This document shows positions 17,171 through 25,695 of a stretch of DNA of 32,000 nt, in pieces (position 1 is the first letter of the stretch; each line of letters opens with the position of its first letter). The notes below the pieces were generated by a model. It did no database searches, had not been told where the DNA came from, and saw only the letters and a program-made list of their open reading frames with translations. The position numbers and the translations under genes are program-made. Origin of the DNA: an uncultured Pseudomonadota bacterium (GTDB taxonomy: Bacteria; Babelota; Babeliae; Babelales; RVW-14). The stretch is taken from NCBI GenBank assembly GCA_964534555.1, contig CAZHRK010000005.1:1-32000 (forward strand), in the 5' to 3' direction.

Positions 17171-17420
17171 AGAATAATTTTAAGTAGTTATATTTTGATA
17201 AGCCAAACCTGTTCCGGTCTGGCGACTGCCCTAAGGGGTAATACCTAAACAGGAGACAGGGCTTTTGGGGCAATTGCAAAACAGGATACAGGTTTTGCTT
17301 ATCACTATGTTGAAATACATTTTTATAAGCGGGCCTGTTCCTGCCCGCCCGGCCCCAACTGCCCAGATTGATGCCCCTCACCGCTCGCCCTGAGCCTGTC
17401 GAAGGGTTTGATCGAGCGGA
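17166..17420. repeat. Intergenic mosaic-repeat block 7a
   Basis: TTATTAGAATAATTTTAAGTAGTTATATTTTGATAAGCCAAACCTGTTCCGGTCTGGCGACT is repeated at 6422..6485. H hairpins lie at ~17243, ~17275 and ~17330. Reverse A module at 17381..17419. Confidence 0.85.
17381..17419 (-). repeat. Module A (reverse orientation), 4 nt from the stop codon of the GIY-YIG gene
   Basis: CCGCTCGCCCTGAGCCTGTCGAAGGGTTTGATCGAGCGG, the inverted partner of 17738..17776. Confidence 0.95.
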
Positions 17421-17423
17421 CCT

Positions 17424-17711
17424 TTATATCTGATTGCTTAATTTGACAAGAGCGTCCCAATCGCCAGCGATAAGAGCTTCTTTTTTATTGCGGGACCATT
17501 TTTTTAAACGACGTTCAATTTTAAAAGCATCATCACGCGTTGCAAATGTTTGCATCCAAACGAGTTTAACAGGTAAGCGATTTGCAGTGAAACAGTGTGG
17601 CCAGTAAGCAGCATCGTGTTGTGCTAAGCGTGATCTAATATCATCGGTATGACCGATATAAAATGAATCATCAGCACATTTGAGAATGTATACAACAAAA
17701 TTTATCATCAA
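17424..17711 (-). CDS. Small GIY-YIG nuclease-domain protein (COG2827/URI-type)
   Basis: 95-aa ORF. FVVYILKCADDSFYIGHTDDIRSRLAQH contains the two GIY-YIG signature triplets (VYI ... YIG) and the conserved Arg. Its size and layout match stand-alone GIY-YIG proteins. Confidence 0.85.
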   Translation of the reverse strand: MMINFVVYILKCADDSFYIGHTDDIRSRLAQHDAAYWPHCFTANRLPVKLVWMQTFATRDDAFKIERRLKKWSRNKKEALIAGDWDALVKLSNQI

Positions 17712-17737
17712 AGTATTGAGTGAATTTTATGTATGGA

Positions 17738-17776
17738 CCGCTCGATCAGACCCTTCGACAAGCTCAGGGCGAGCGG
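17738..17776 (+). repeat. Module A (forward orientation), 26 nt upstream of the GIY-YIG start codon
   Basis: CCGCTCGATCAGACCCTTCGACAAGCTCAGGGCGAGCGG. It is the only forward-oriented A copy located to the right of position 8000. Confidence 0.95.
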
Positions 17777-18245
17777 GACTAAATATACTGTTTTTAGTTT
17801 CCATAAAAGTTATTATTTGAATCGTGCTGATTATAACAAGATACTATAGCTTTGATAATTTTCCAGCTGGGTAGATACATCATTTCTATTTTGCGAATAG
17901 CCTAACAAAGCGATTATTGAGTGTGATGATCTTGTCACCGCTCGCCCTGAGCTTGTCGAAGGGTTTGATCGAGCGGTCATTATAATGAATGTATATTTTT
18001 ATATGCGGGCCTGTTCCTGCCCGCGCCGGCCCTAACAACCGATTATTCAGTGTGATGTCTTCTATCCCCGCTTGCCCTGAGCGTGCCTGCGGGTCTGATC
18101 GAGCGGTCCTCTGGGGTAATACCTAAACAGGAACAGGTTTAGGGTATAAATATATGGAATTCATATTTTATTTAATTAGGCCTGTTCCTGCCTAAGACGA
18201 CCCTAGAGGCCACTATCCCTCCCTGCGGGTCTGATCGAGCGGTCA
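17777..18245. repeat. Intergenic mosaic-repeat block 7b (after a ~160-bp unique AT-rich stretch)
   Basis: Reverse A modules at 17938..17976 and 18068..18106 (degenerate), and a half A at ~18221..18242. H hairpins are GCGGGCCTGTTCCTGCCCGC (~18005), CCTAAACAGGAACAGGTTTAGG (~18120) and TAGGCCTGTTCCTGCCTAAG (~18178). AT core ~18145..18175. Confidence 0.85.
17830..17858 (-). promoter_or_regulatory. Sigma70-like promoter candidate reading toward module A and the GIY-YIG gene
   Basis: On the minus strand: TTATCA (17858..17853), a 17-nt spacer, then TATAAT (17835..17830). Confidence 0.4.
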
Positions 18246-18463
18246 TCAAGGTCAATCGCTATCCAGCAAGATTTTTTAGAGCAGGTGCAGGCCAAAACAT
18301 CTTTAGCATAAGAGTATTGAAATAGAGCGTTGTATTTGTGCCGGCGCAGCGCTTTATTGCAACAAACGCATAGCGTAATCTAAAAGATAGTTGTACAATT
18401 TCACTACATTCATTCTCTATCCAGATGTATTGATTATTACAGCCTACAAAAGGAGCTTTTTTG

Positions 18464-20161
18464 ATGATTCTACTGAGCATAATACAGCGCGTGCTCTTTT
18501 GTTTTTTTATGCTTGTTGTTGCACCGTGGCAGGTCGTGTCTGCAGGTGCTGTAGCCGGATCACCACAGTCGTTTGAAGCGACACGCTACAGTCGTAAAGT
18601 ACTTGTAGATGAGCTTCGGCAGAAGCTGGTGACAGCGATTTATTCAAAAAATGATTCAGACATTAATGCAGTGCTTAATACCGTGCAGGATAAGTATCTT
18701 GACGGCGCTCTTTCTGAAATCGATAAGCTATCGCTCATTAATGATCCGTTAGGAGAGCACTCTCCATCAGCGTTGATTATGATCTTGCGCAATAAGTTGC
18801 CAATAACAGCAGGATTGTTTGATGGTGAGGTTGATGAATACATCAAAACACCGTTAGCAACTGTTATTGGCATGGGTGTAGACCTGTGGAATTGTCAGGG
18901 CCGCACGGCGTTTCAGGTTGCGTTAGATATGGGTAATATTTCTGGCGCATATTGTGTTTTGGTTGTTATGAGCCTGCAAGACCCAGAGCGCGTACGCACA
19001 TACACTGATGCTCAGGGGAGAAACTTTTTGCACTATGTTGCATCGATTAATCAGACGCTGCCAGAAAACCTTCCAGCGCGCTATAAAATACTGCAAAAAG
19101 CATTTCTAAGTTTTGTTTTTCTCCTTGTTACAACCGTAGGCATTGATCCAAACGCAGCTGACTCAGCAGGCAAGACGCCTTTTTACTACGCTCTTGCTAA
19201 GCGTGTTGTGGCTCGAGTACTGCTTGAAAATTGTGATATCGCAGACGCTTTTTGTCCTGACTTTGGCATGACGCTGTACGAGCGCTATGTGTATCTTAAT
19301 AAAGATACGCCGCATGCGCATGATGACATGGCTTTTGCGGCTCAGTCTTTTTTGGCGAGTGCGCTTAATCAAAAAAATATCAAGAGCCTGGCGCCGTTTT
19401 TTTCTGGCGCATCGCATCACTTTAAAATGAATGATGCACAAACATGTTTGTTTGATGAGCTGTGTAAAAAGTTTGCAGAAGCATGGCAAGCAGCTGATTC
19501 AGACGTTGTAGCATTAATCCTTGGCCTTGATAACCTTACCGTGCGTAAGCTCCTTGAGTTTCTTATTGCCAAGGGTGTTTTGAAACATCATGTGCTGCAT
19601 GATGCGCTCTTGTGGGCAGATGAAAAAACGATTGAGCTCCTGCTTGTTCACCTCAAGCAGTATGCGCCTGATTCGAATATTCCTGATCAGCTAAATTTTT
19701 CATATAAGATGTACACGCTTCCGGTTGCGTTTGCACTCAGAAGCAACGAGCCAAAGCTCCTTGATCTGCTCGCGCGACATGTTCCTCCAAAATTTAATAC
19801 GGTACTTGCTATGTCACTCAAGCTGTATCTAGCAACTGCAGACTTTAATGAAAAAACGCTGAGGCAGATTGATCAGCTTATTACGTACTTCAGGCCGACG
19901 CTTGAGTATACAGATGAATCTGGCAAGACGATTCTTGATTATTTGTATGAAAAAAATCTGCACAACTTTGCGCACAAAGCGCTTGCAAGTAGGGTGCTTG
20001 ATGCTGCAGACATTCGTTATGATGCAGACAGTGCAACAACGATATCTGATTTGTCACCACGATTATTAAACCCTCTTGAGCAGGCGAGTGTGTTTGTGTT
20101 GAGTCAAGATGTTGGAGTCAAGCCTGCACCGCAAGCCCCACGACCAGTGATAATTGCATAA
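18464..20161 (+). CDS. Sec-signal ankyrin-repeat protein (family member 1)
   Basis: AAAGGAG lies 8 nt before ATG 18464. The hydrophobic N-terminus MILLSIIQRVLFCFFMLVVAPWQVVSA is signal-like. ANK-like units include QGRNFLHYVASIN, AGKTPFYYALAKRVVARVLLENCDI and SGKTILDYLYEKN. The N-terminal half is collinear with the two genes at 22898..28071. Confidence 0.7.
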   Translation: MILLSIIQRVLFCFFMLVVAPWQVVSAGAVAGSPQSFEATRYSRKVLVDELRQKLVTAIYSKNDSDINAVLNTVQDKYLDGALSEIDKLSLINDPLGEHSPSALIMILRNKLPITAGLFDGEVDEYIKTPLATVIGMGVDLWNCQGRTAFQVALDMGNISGAYCVLVVMSLQDPERVRTYTDAQGRNFLHYVASINQTLPENLPARYKILQKAFLSFVFLLVTTVGIDPNAADSAGKTPFYYALAKRVVARVLLENCDIADAFCPDFGMTLYERYVYLNKDTPHAHDDMAFAAQSFLASALNQKNIKSLAPFFSGASHHFKMNDAQTCLFDELCKKFAEAWQAADSDVVALILGLDNLTVRKLLEFLIAKGVLKHHVLHDALLWADEKTIELLLVHLKQYAPDSNIPDQLNFSYKMYTLPVAFALRSNEPKLLDLLARHVPPKFNTVLAMSLKLYLATADFNEKTLRQIDQLITYFRPTLEYTDESGKTILDYLYEKNLHNFAHKALASRVLDAADIRYDADSATTISDLSPRLLNPLEQASVFVLSQDVGVKPAPQAPRPVIIA

Positions 20162-20164
20162 CGG

Positions 20165-20965
20165 CTACCGATGGTTGCACATAAAGTGTGCGTGCTGACT
20201 AGATAAGTGGTGTGTTTTATCACCGCGCGACCTGAGCGTGCCCACTGTTTATAAAAGCGTTTTTTTATATCCCCGCTCGCCCTGACCTTTCGACAAGCTC
20301 AAGACTAAAGGCGGTCGAAGGGTCTGATCGAGCGGACCTTTGGGGCAATACCTAAACAGGAGACAGGTTTTTAGGGTAGTTGCCAGACCGGAACAGGTCC
20401 TCTAGGGCAATTGCAAAACAGGAACAGGTTTTGCTTATAAATATATTGAAATACATTTTTATATTAGGCCTGTTCCTGCCTAAGACGACCCTAAGCGCCC
20501 AGATGTATCAACCCCCGCTCGCCCTGAGCATGCCTGCGGGTCTGATCGAGCGGTCATCTTTCTTACATTAAATTTTATGTAATGATCTAATTTTAATTAT
20601 TAAAAATAATGATTAATTAATTGTGCGGCGTCGGCCGCAGACGACCAGGATGGTGTTTGGTCACCACCCTGGACCCAGACCACCAGCGCTGGCATCGCTG
20701 GACCAGCCACCGATCACCCTCGCATATATGCTCCAGGTGATCGCACCGGCGAAGTTACACTAACGCACGGAGGGCACCTCCGTGAACCTCCGCATAACAC
20801 GCTGCGATTCAGCTGTAGCTAAATAATAATTATTTTTTAGATAACTACCCCTACCGCTCGCCCTGAGCATGCCTGCGGGTCTGATCGAGCGGACCTTTGG
20901 GGCAATACCTAAACAGGAACAGGTTTAGGGTATAAATATAGTGAATTCATATTTTATATTAGGCG
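20165..20965. repeat. Intergenic mosaic-repeat block 8 (encloses S copy 3)
   Basis: Reverse A modules at 20273..20335 (63-bp long variant), 20515..20553 and 20854..20892. The H/AT composite at 20336..20495 is homologous to 28333..28495. Confidence 0.9.
20560..20848 (-). repeat. S element copy 3 (minus strand)
   Basis: Its reverse complement aligns along the full length with 323..600 and 7321..7590. It is flanked on both sides by A modules in the same relative orientation as for copies 1 and 2. Confidence 0.8.
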
Positions 20966-20983
20966 CAAGACTCCTCTAGGAAT

Positions 20984-21394
20984 TCAAATCGCTCCTAGTT
21001 TTGTTTTACGTGCAGATTTTTTTAATGTTTCTGCAAGTTCCGCTTTTGAAACTATTCCCTCTGCAACATTTGTTACGAGTTGGAAAGCACTTTTATTTGA
21101 AGCTTTAAATACGTAATTATTATTTTCAAGAAAAACAAGGGCAACAGTAAATCCTGTGCGCTTGTTGCCATCAATAAAGGGATGATTTTTAATAATATGA
21201 AACATGTACGCTGCTGCTTGATCAAAAATAGTCTTATGCAGGAGCTGTCCAAACATTCGAGCTTCTGCTTGATGAAGAGCAGAGCGAAGCAACCCTTCAT
21301 CTCTTATGCCATGAATACCACCAAAAGCTGCAATCATGTGCTCATGAATCATGAGCACACTTTCATAATCGAGAAAAATCGGAGTTTGCTTCAT
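20984..21394 (-). CDS. doc: Fic/Doc family toxin (death-on-curing type)
   Basis: 136-aa ORF. The motif HPFIDGNKRTG matches the Doc signature HxFx(D/N)(A/G)NKR. The N-terminus GIRDEGLLRSAL is typical of the family. It overlaps the upstream antitoxin ORF by 4 nt. Confidence 0.9.
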   Translation of the reverse strand: MKQTPIFLDYESVLMIHEHMIAAFGGIHGIRDEGLLRSALHQAEARMFGQLLHKTIFDQAAAYMFHIIKNHPFIDGNKRTGFTVALVFLENNNYVFKASNKSAFQLVTNVAEGIVSKAELAETLKKSARKTKLGAI

Positions 21395-21618
21395 TGAGCG
21401 AGTTTTTTAAGCGTTGAGGCATATCGTTTTGACACAGATGCCAAGCTTTTTTTTACAGCAGCTTTGCTGATTGTTTGTTTTTCTTGAACAACCTCAGCAG
21501 AAAAAATTCCTTTTGATAATGAAATTTTAAAATCTGAAGAGGGGTCAACATTCATTTTCTTTAGGTCTGCTTGCTCAAGAACAAAGCAAAAACTTTTTCC
21601 AACTTTTACAAGTTTCAT
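21391..21618 (-). CDS. AbrB/SpoVT-like antitoxin of the Doc toxin
   Basis: 75-aa ORF with an ATGA overlap with doc. The N-terminus MKLVKVGKSFCFVLEQADLKKMNV resembles swapped-hairpin (AbrB/MazE) DNA-binding domains. The assignment rests mainly on position and size. Confidence 0.65.
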   Translation of the reverse strand: MKLVKVGKSFCFVLEQADLKKMNVDPSSDFKISLSKGIFSAEVVQEKQTISKAAVKKSLASVSKRYASTLKKLAQ

Positions 21619-21740
21619 ACGGAAGTTCTTTCATGAAAAAATGAACGCTTAAACATTGTATAATCGTAACATGTTTTTTTTCGCAAAATACATTTTTTGC
21701 AATTTCCCCAAAAGCCCGGTTCCTGTTTAGGAATTTCCCC

Positions 21741-21794
21741 AGCTGAATATAAATTTTTTGATGCTATTTCAAGCCAGTGTTTATGATTTTGCAT
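21741..21794 (-). pseudogene. Remnant (first ~18 codons) of a HEPN gene, truncated by a repeat unit
   Basis: The minus-strand ATG at 21794 overlaps the MNT stop by 14 nt, the same geometry as 1224 versus 1237. The remnant MQNHKHWLEIASKNLYSA aligns with MLDHELWISLAYEDFLTA. From ~21740 the sequence becomes the repeat GGGGAAATTCCTAAACAGGAACCGGGCTTTTGGGGAAATTGCAAAA. Confidence 0.6.
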
Positions 21795-22095
21795 AAATCA
21801 CCTTGCCGCTCTTAATTATCTTGGCAATAAGTGATGATGGCTCTTCTGCTCTAGTCTGGAGCTCATCTGTTGTATACACCAAAAGATCTACAGGTTCACC
21901 AAAGCCTATCAATGAACGATAGCCTTTTTTTGATCTAACAAGAATACGTTCTGTCGAGGCATCAAGTTCAACTAAAATATCATAATCACTTGAGTGTGAA
22001 ATATCTCCCCATACGCGTGAACCAAAAAGATAAATACGCTCGGGATTATATGCCTCAGTCAATCGATCAATAAGATCACGTAGTTTAGCATCCAT
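21781..22095 (-). CDS. Nucleotidyltransferase-domain protein (MNT type), paralogue of 923..1237, now without an intact HEPN partner
   Basis: 104-aa ORF. MDAKLRDLIDRLTEAYNPERIYLFGSRVWG...SSDYDILVEL is collinear with and highly similar to the 923 gene. Confidence 0.85.
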   Translation of the reverse strand: MDAKLRDLIDRLTEAYNPERIYLFGSRVWGDISHSSDYDILVELDASTERILVRSKKGYRSLIGFGEPVDLLVYTTDELQTRAEEPSSLIAKIIKSGKVIYAKS

Positions 22096-22164
22096 ACATG
22101 CTCCAACAGCTTTTGAGATTTACTATCACAACCAGTGTAGCCTATCAGAAGAGATCTTTTAATA

Positions 22165-22800
22165 GATGGGTTGTCGCCAGAGCGGCCCGCTCGCCGTGAG
22201 CGTGCCTGCGGGCCTGATCGAGCGGACCGCCAGGGTCGTCTTAGGCAGGAAACAGTGCGCCGCCAGGGCCGGGCGGGCAACTCCCGCGCCCGCATATAAA
22301 AATGTATTTCAACATAGTGATAAACAAAACCTGTTCCTGTTTTGCAATTGCCCCTGAAAATGAATTTTTATATTTTGATAAGCCAAACCTGTTCCGGTCT
22401 GGCGACTACCCCTACCACTCACCCTGAGCGCACTCGCTAGCTATAAATGCATTTGTTTCTATCACCGCTCGCCCTGAGCCTGCCTGCGGGTCTGATCGAG
22501 CGGACCTTTGGGGCAATACCTAAACAGGAACAGGTTTAGGGTATAAATATAGTGAAATATATTATTAATAAATTATATGCGGGCCTGTTCCTGCCCGCGC
22601 CGGCCCTAAGCGCCCAGATGTATCAACCCCCGCTCGCCCTGAGCGTGCCTATGGGTCTGATCGAGCGGACCGCTAGGGTCGTCTTAGGCAGGAACGGGCC
22701 TAATTAAATAAAATATGAATTCAATATAGTTATAAGCAAAACCTGTTCCTGTTTTGCGATTACCCTGGCAGCCCACCGCCCCTGTCTTCCTGCCCGCGCA
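22165..22800. repeat. Intergenic mosaic-repeat block 9
   Basis: Reverse A modules at 22187..22225, 22465..22503 and 22630..22668. There are at least 7 H hairpins, with AT cores at ~22290..22325, ~22545..22575 and ~22700..22735. Confidence 0.9.
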
Positions 22801-22829
22801 GGTCCTGGCTGTCCTGCTTGATGCTGCGT

Positions 22830-22860
22830 AAAAAAAGCGGGGGCATGATCGCCCCCGCTT
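22830..22860 (-). terminator. Rho-independent terminator of the 22898..25627 gene
   Basis: On the minus strand: AGCGGGGGC-GATCAT-GCCCCCGCT (9-bp stem, plus-strand 22836..22859) followed by T7. Confidence 0.8.
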
Positions 22861-22897
22861 CTCAGGTACTGTGTAGCTTGTAAAATTTCTTGCTCAG

Positions 22898-25627
22898 TTA
22901 ATCAATAAGTTCACTTACAAATTGCTCAATCTTTTCGTATTCAGCAGCGTCGCAAAAATCAGGTACAGACCCATCTACTCTGGTTGGAATACAGTTAAGC
23001 GGTGTTTTGCCACGTTTGTCAGTGACATACAGCCCTGTTGTATTGATACCATGTAATAATCGAACTGATGATCCAAGGCCGCGTCTGCATGCATAATGAA
23101 GCGGTGTTCTGCAGTCTCTATTTTTCAATACGACAAGCTCTGGCTGTGCAATAAGTTGGTCTTTTACCAGGCCGACCATTCCATGCGCAGTGAGCAAACT
23201 AATAAGTGGAACGCCTTCATGATCAGCTACTGTCAGTCTTGGTTTGTATTCAAGCAAGAAATTAACAACATCCAAGCTAGGTGTTTTTTTATTTTCTCTC
23301 AAAATGTAGCAGAGCGTGCGCGCTGCCCACTTTGATTGACGATCTCCTCCTGCTTCAAGCAGCGCAGCAGCTGCAGGCCTGTTGCCAAATTTAATCATAG
23401 CATTGAGCGCGCGTGCGTACGTTACATCATCATGCTCATACAGCACGCTTGTTTGTGTTGTTGTTTCAAGCATGCGCACAAGGTGCCTAACAAGCTCCGG
23501 AGAAACCCACGATGCGCACTGGACAATAAGCGGCACATGATCCATTAGAATTGTCATGGAATCAAAAGCTTCTTGAGTTGCTTCCCAGCTGTATCGTGTA
23601 AGCTGAGCTATCAATCCATCTGAAGATTTTGTTTGCCAGAAATAGCTTAGGCGCATTACTAAGTTCCCGTCATCACATAGAGCTTTAAGCCCTTTCCAGA
23701 AAATAACTGAATGTGCATGCGCTTCTTCATCAGATAGTGAGGCATCACGGCGGGAGAGATGTTTGCGCGCGGCAGCAGGAAGGCCCTCAAGCCTTTCAGC
23801 AAATATGTCTAAGCATGAGGCTTTGATTTCAATGCTGTCATGTGCGAGCATGAGTGTGATCGGCGTATGACCTTCGCTATCAAGTACATGAGTAACTGCA
23901 GGGCAGGTTTTTAGGAGGTGCTGAATTGATTTTCTAAAACCTTTTTTTGCGCAGAGGTGTGCGAGTGTTGAACGCTCTGGTCCGACTTGATGACAGTGCG
24001 TTATCTGGCATGAAGTTATGATCTCATACATCGTCTCATCTGTTACTCGTGAGTGCGGTTTGTGTAAGTACTCTTGCATCAGGCGAGACGGATCTGTGCC
24101 GAGTCTCTCTTTCATCGCTTCCATGTACCTATTAGAGCGTATGATATATTCAGCGTAAGTTTCTGGTTCTTGCAGCCCTTGGCCACCAAGCGAATAACGC
24201 TTCAAAGAAGTCAGTCTGGATAAAAAATTATGTGCTTGTATAAATGTTACTTTTGCAACTGTTTCGTCTTTCTCATCCCAGTCTGCAATATCAATAAGCA
24301 GCGGCGTTGTGCTTGGACTATCCTGAAAGGCATACCCAATAAAGCGGTGAAGCTTTTCTATGGCAAAAACTTTATTGAGATAGCGTAGGTTTTTTTCAGC
24401 CATGGCTTTATAAACAAGTTCATACACAACATCCTGAACAAGCTGTATTGTCCAGCCATCAAGGAAAAGCGCATCGATTAAGGCTTTGTTGCCTTCAAGT
24501 ATCCCCATTAAAACACATTTGTGCATATTTTTTTTAAGCGTTTTGATCAGCAGCTCTTCTGGGAGTGTTGGGGTTGGGTGGAGGCAAATAATATTTTTAA
24601 TTGCTTGGCCTGCAGACATATTATTGTATTTAGTAGGCGCTTGTGGTGACCCAACAAAAGCAGCTCCTGAGGCTGATGGTTGGTATATTGGCCCATAAAC
24701 GATGCGTGTGAGCGTTGATGATGATGCTTCGATTGCTTTCATAATAAAATCATCACGCAGCACGTTGATCCGAGACGGCTCTGCTGGCTCAGCTGACAGT
24801 GATGCAGCACCAGCACCGTCTGTTCCAGCTCCACCTGCCGCAGCTACCGAGCGTGGTACGCTATGCGTTGCTGGATGTGTTAACAAATAGGTTTGAAGAG
24901 GGTGCACGTCGCGAGTTGCGTCTACTTTGTCGCACCAATCAATAACTGCTCCGTGTTCAAGTAAGATTCGTGCTAAAAGTGCGTTGTTGAAACAGAGTTG
25001 CAGCGCAGTGTCGTCAGCCTTGTTTCTTGCATGCACATCTGCACCACATTCCTCAATAAGTGTGCTTACAAGGACATTGTAGGCAGCATCCATGTTATCA
25101 CGCTTATCGTGTTGATAGATCGGGATAACAAGATTAACTGCGGCTAATGTGTGCAGCAGGGTGTTTTGTTTATCATCGCGCAGTGTGCCGAGTGTTGCAA
25201 AAAACTCTGGATACACACCTTGTATTGTGCGCATGACGATAATTGCAGCCGGAAAATTTCCGTAAAAAATCGTCAGCTTAAGAAGCTCAAGCATAGTATT
25301 TGGGTCATACACATCTTCTTTTTTACTAAATGCTTCACCCAAAGAAGATGCTGCATAACGACCAGCATTAATAAGTCCGCCGGCTACTCCGTAATCCCAA
25401 AATGATTCTTTAAAAAGTAGATTATCGCTGACGCGTGTCCCTCTTTCGTAGCTGTAAGGGAGCATTTCTCTGGCTACATCGACCATGTTTTTAGGTCTAT
25501 GTGCTCCTTCTGTGCTGCTTGTTGCTGAGGCGGCACCAGCTCCAGCAGATGCTGTTCCTAGCATTCCGCCTGCGCTGACTACTGATGTCCAGAGCATTAC
25601 ACCTACGATTGCGAGAAAAAAAGACAT
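22898..25627 (-). CDS. Sec-signal ankyrin-repeat protein (family member 2)
   Basis: 909-aa ORF. Signal-like N-terminus MSFFLAIVGVMLWTSVVSA. Clear ANK units include RTPLHYACRRGLGSSVRLL, STLAHLCAKKGFRKSIQHLL...EGHTPITL and NTLLHTLAAVN. It is collinear with 25696..28071. Confidence 0.85.
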   Translation of the reverse strand: MSFFLAIVGVMLWTSVVSAGGMLGTASAGAGAASATSSTEGAHRPKNMVDVAREMLPYSYERGTRVSDNLLFKESFWDYGVAGGLINAGRYAASSLGEAFSKKEDVYDPNTMLELLKLTIFYGNFPAAIIVMRTIQGVYPEFFATLGTLRDDKQNTLLHTLAAVNLVIPIYQHDKRDNMDAAYNVLVSTLIEECGADVHARNKADDTALQLCFNNALLARILLEHGAVIDWCDKVDATRDVHPLQTYLLTHPATHSVPRSVAAAGGAGTDGAGAASLSAEPAEPSRINVLRDDFIMKAIEASSSTLTRIVYGPIYQPSASGAAFVGSPQAPTKYNNMSAGQAIKNIICLHPTPTLPEELLIKTLKKNMHKCVLMGILEGNKALIDALFLDGWTIQLVQDVVYELVYKAMAEKNLRYLNKVFAIEKLHRFIGYAFQDSPSTTPLLIDIADWDEKDETVAKVTFIQAHNFLSRLTSLKRYSLGGQGLQEPETYAEYIIRSNRYMEAMKERLGTDPSRLMQEYLHKPHSRVTDETMYEIITSCQITHCHQVGPERSTLAHLCAKKGFRKSIQHLLKTCPAVTHVLDSEGHTPITLMLAHDSIEIKASCLDIFAERLEGLPAAARKHLSRRDASLSDEEAHAHSVIFWKGLKALCDDGNLVMRLSYFWQTKSSDGLIAQLTRYSWEATQEAFDSMTILMDHVPLIVQCASWVSPELVRHLVRMLETTTQTSVLYEHDDVTYARALNAMIKFGNRPAAAALLEAGGDRQSKWAARTLCYILRENKKTPSLDVVNFLLEYKPRLTVADHEGVPLISLLTAHGMVGLVKDQLIAQPELVVLKNRDCRTPLHYACRRGLGSSVRLLHGINTTGLYVTDKRGKTPLNCIPTRVDGSVPDFCDAAEYEKIEQFVSELID

Positions 25628-25695
25628 GCGCGATATTCCTTGTTTAGCCTGCGTTTTTTAGAAAGTCTGTACGAGTGGGACGGACAGGATACACG

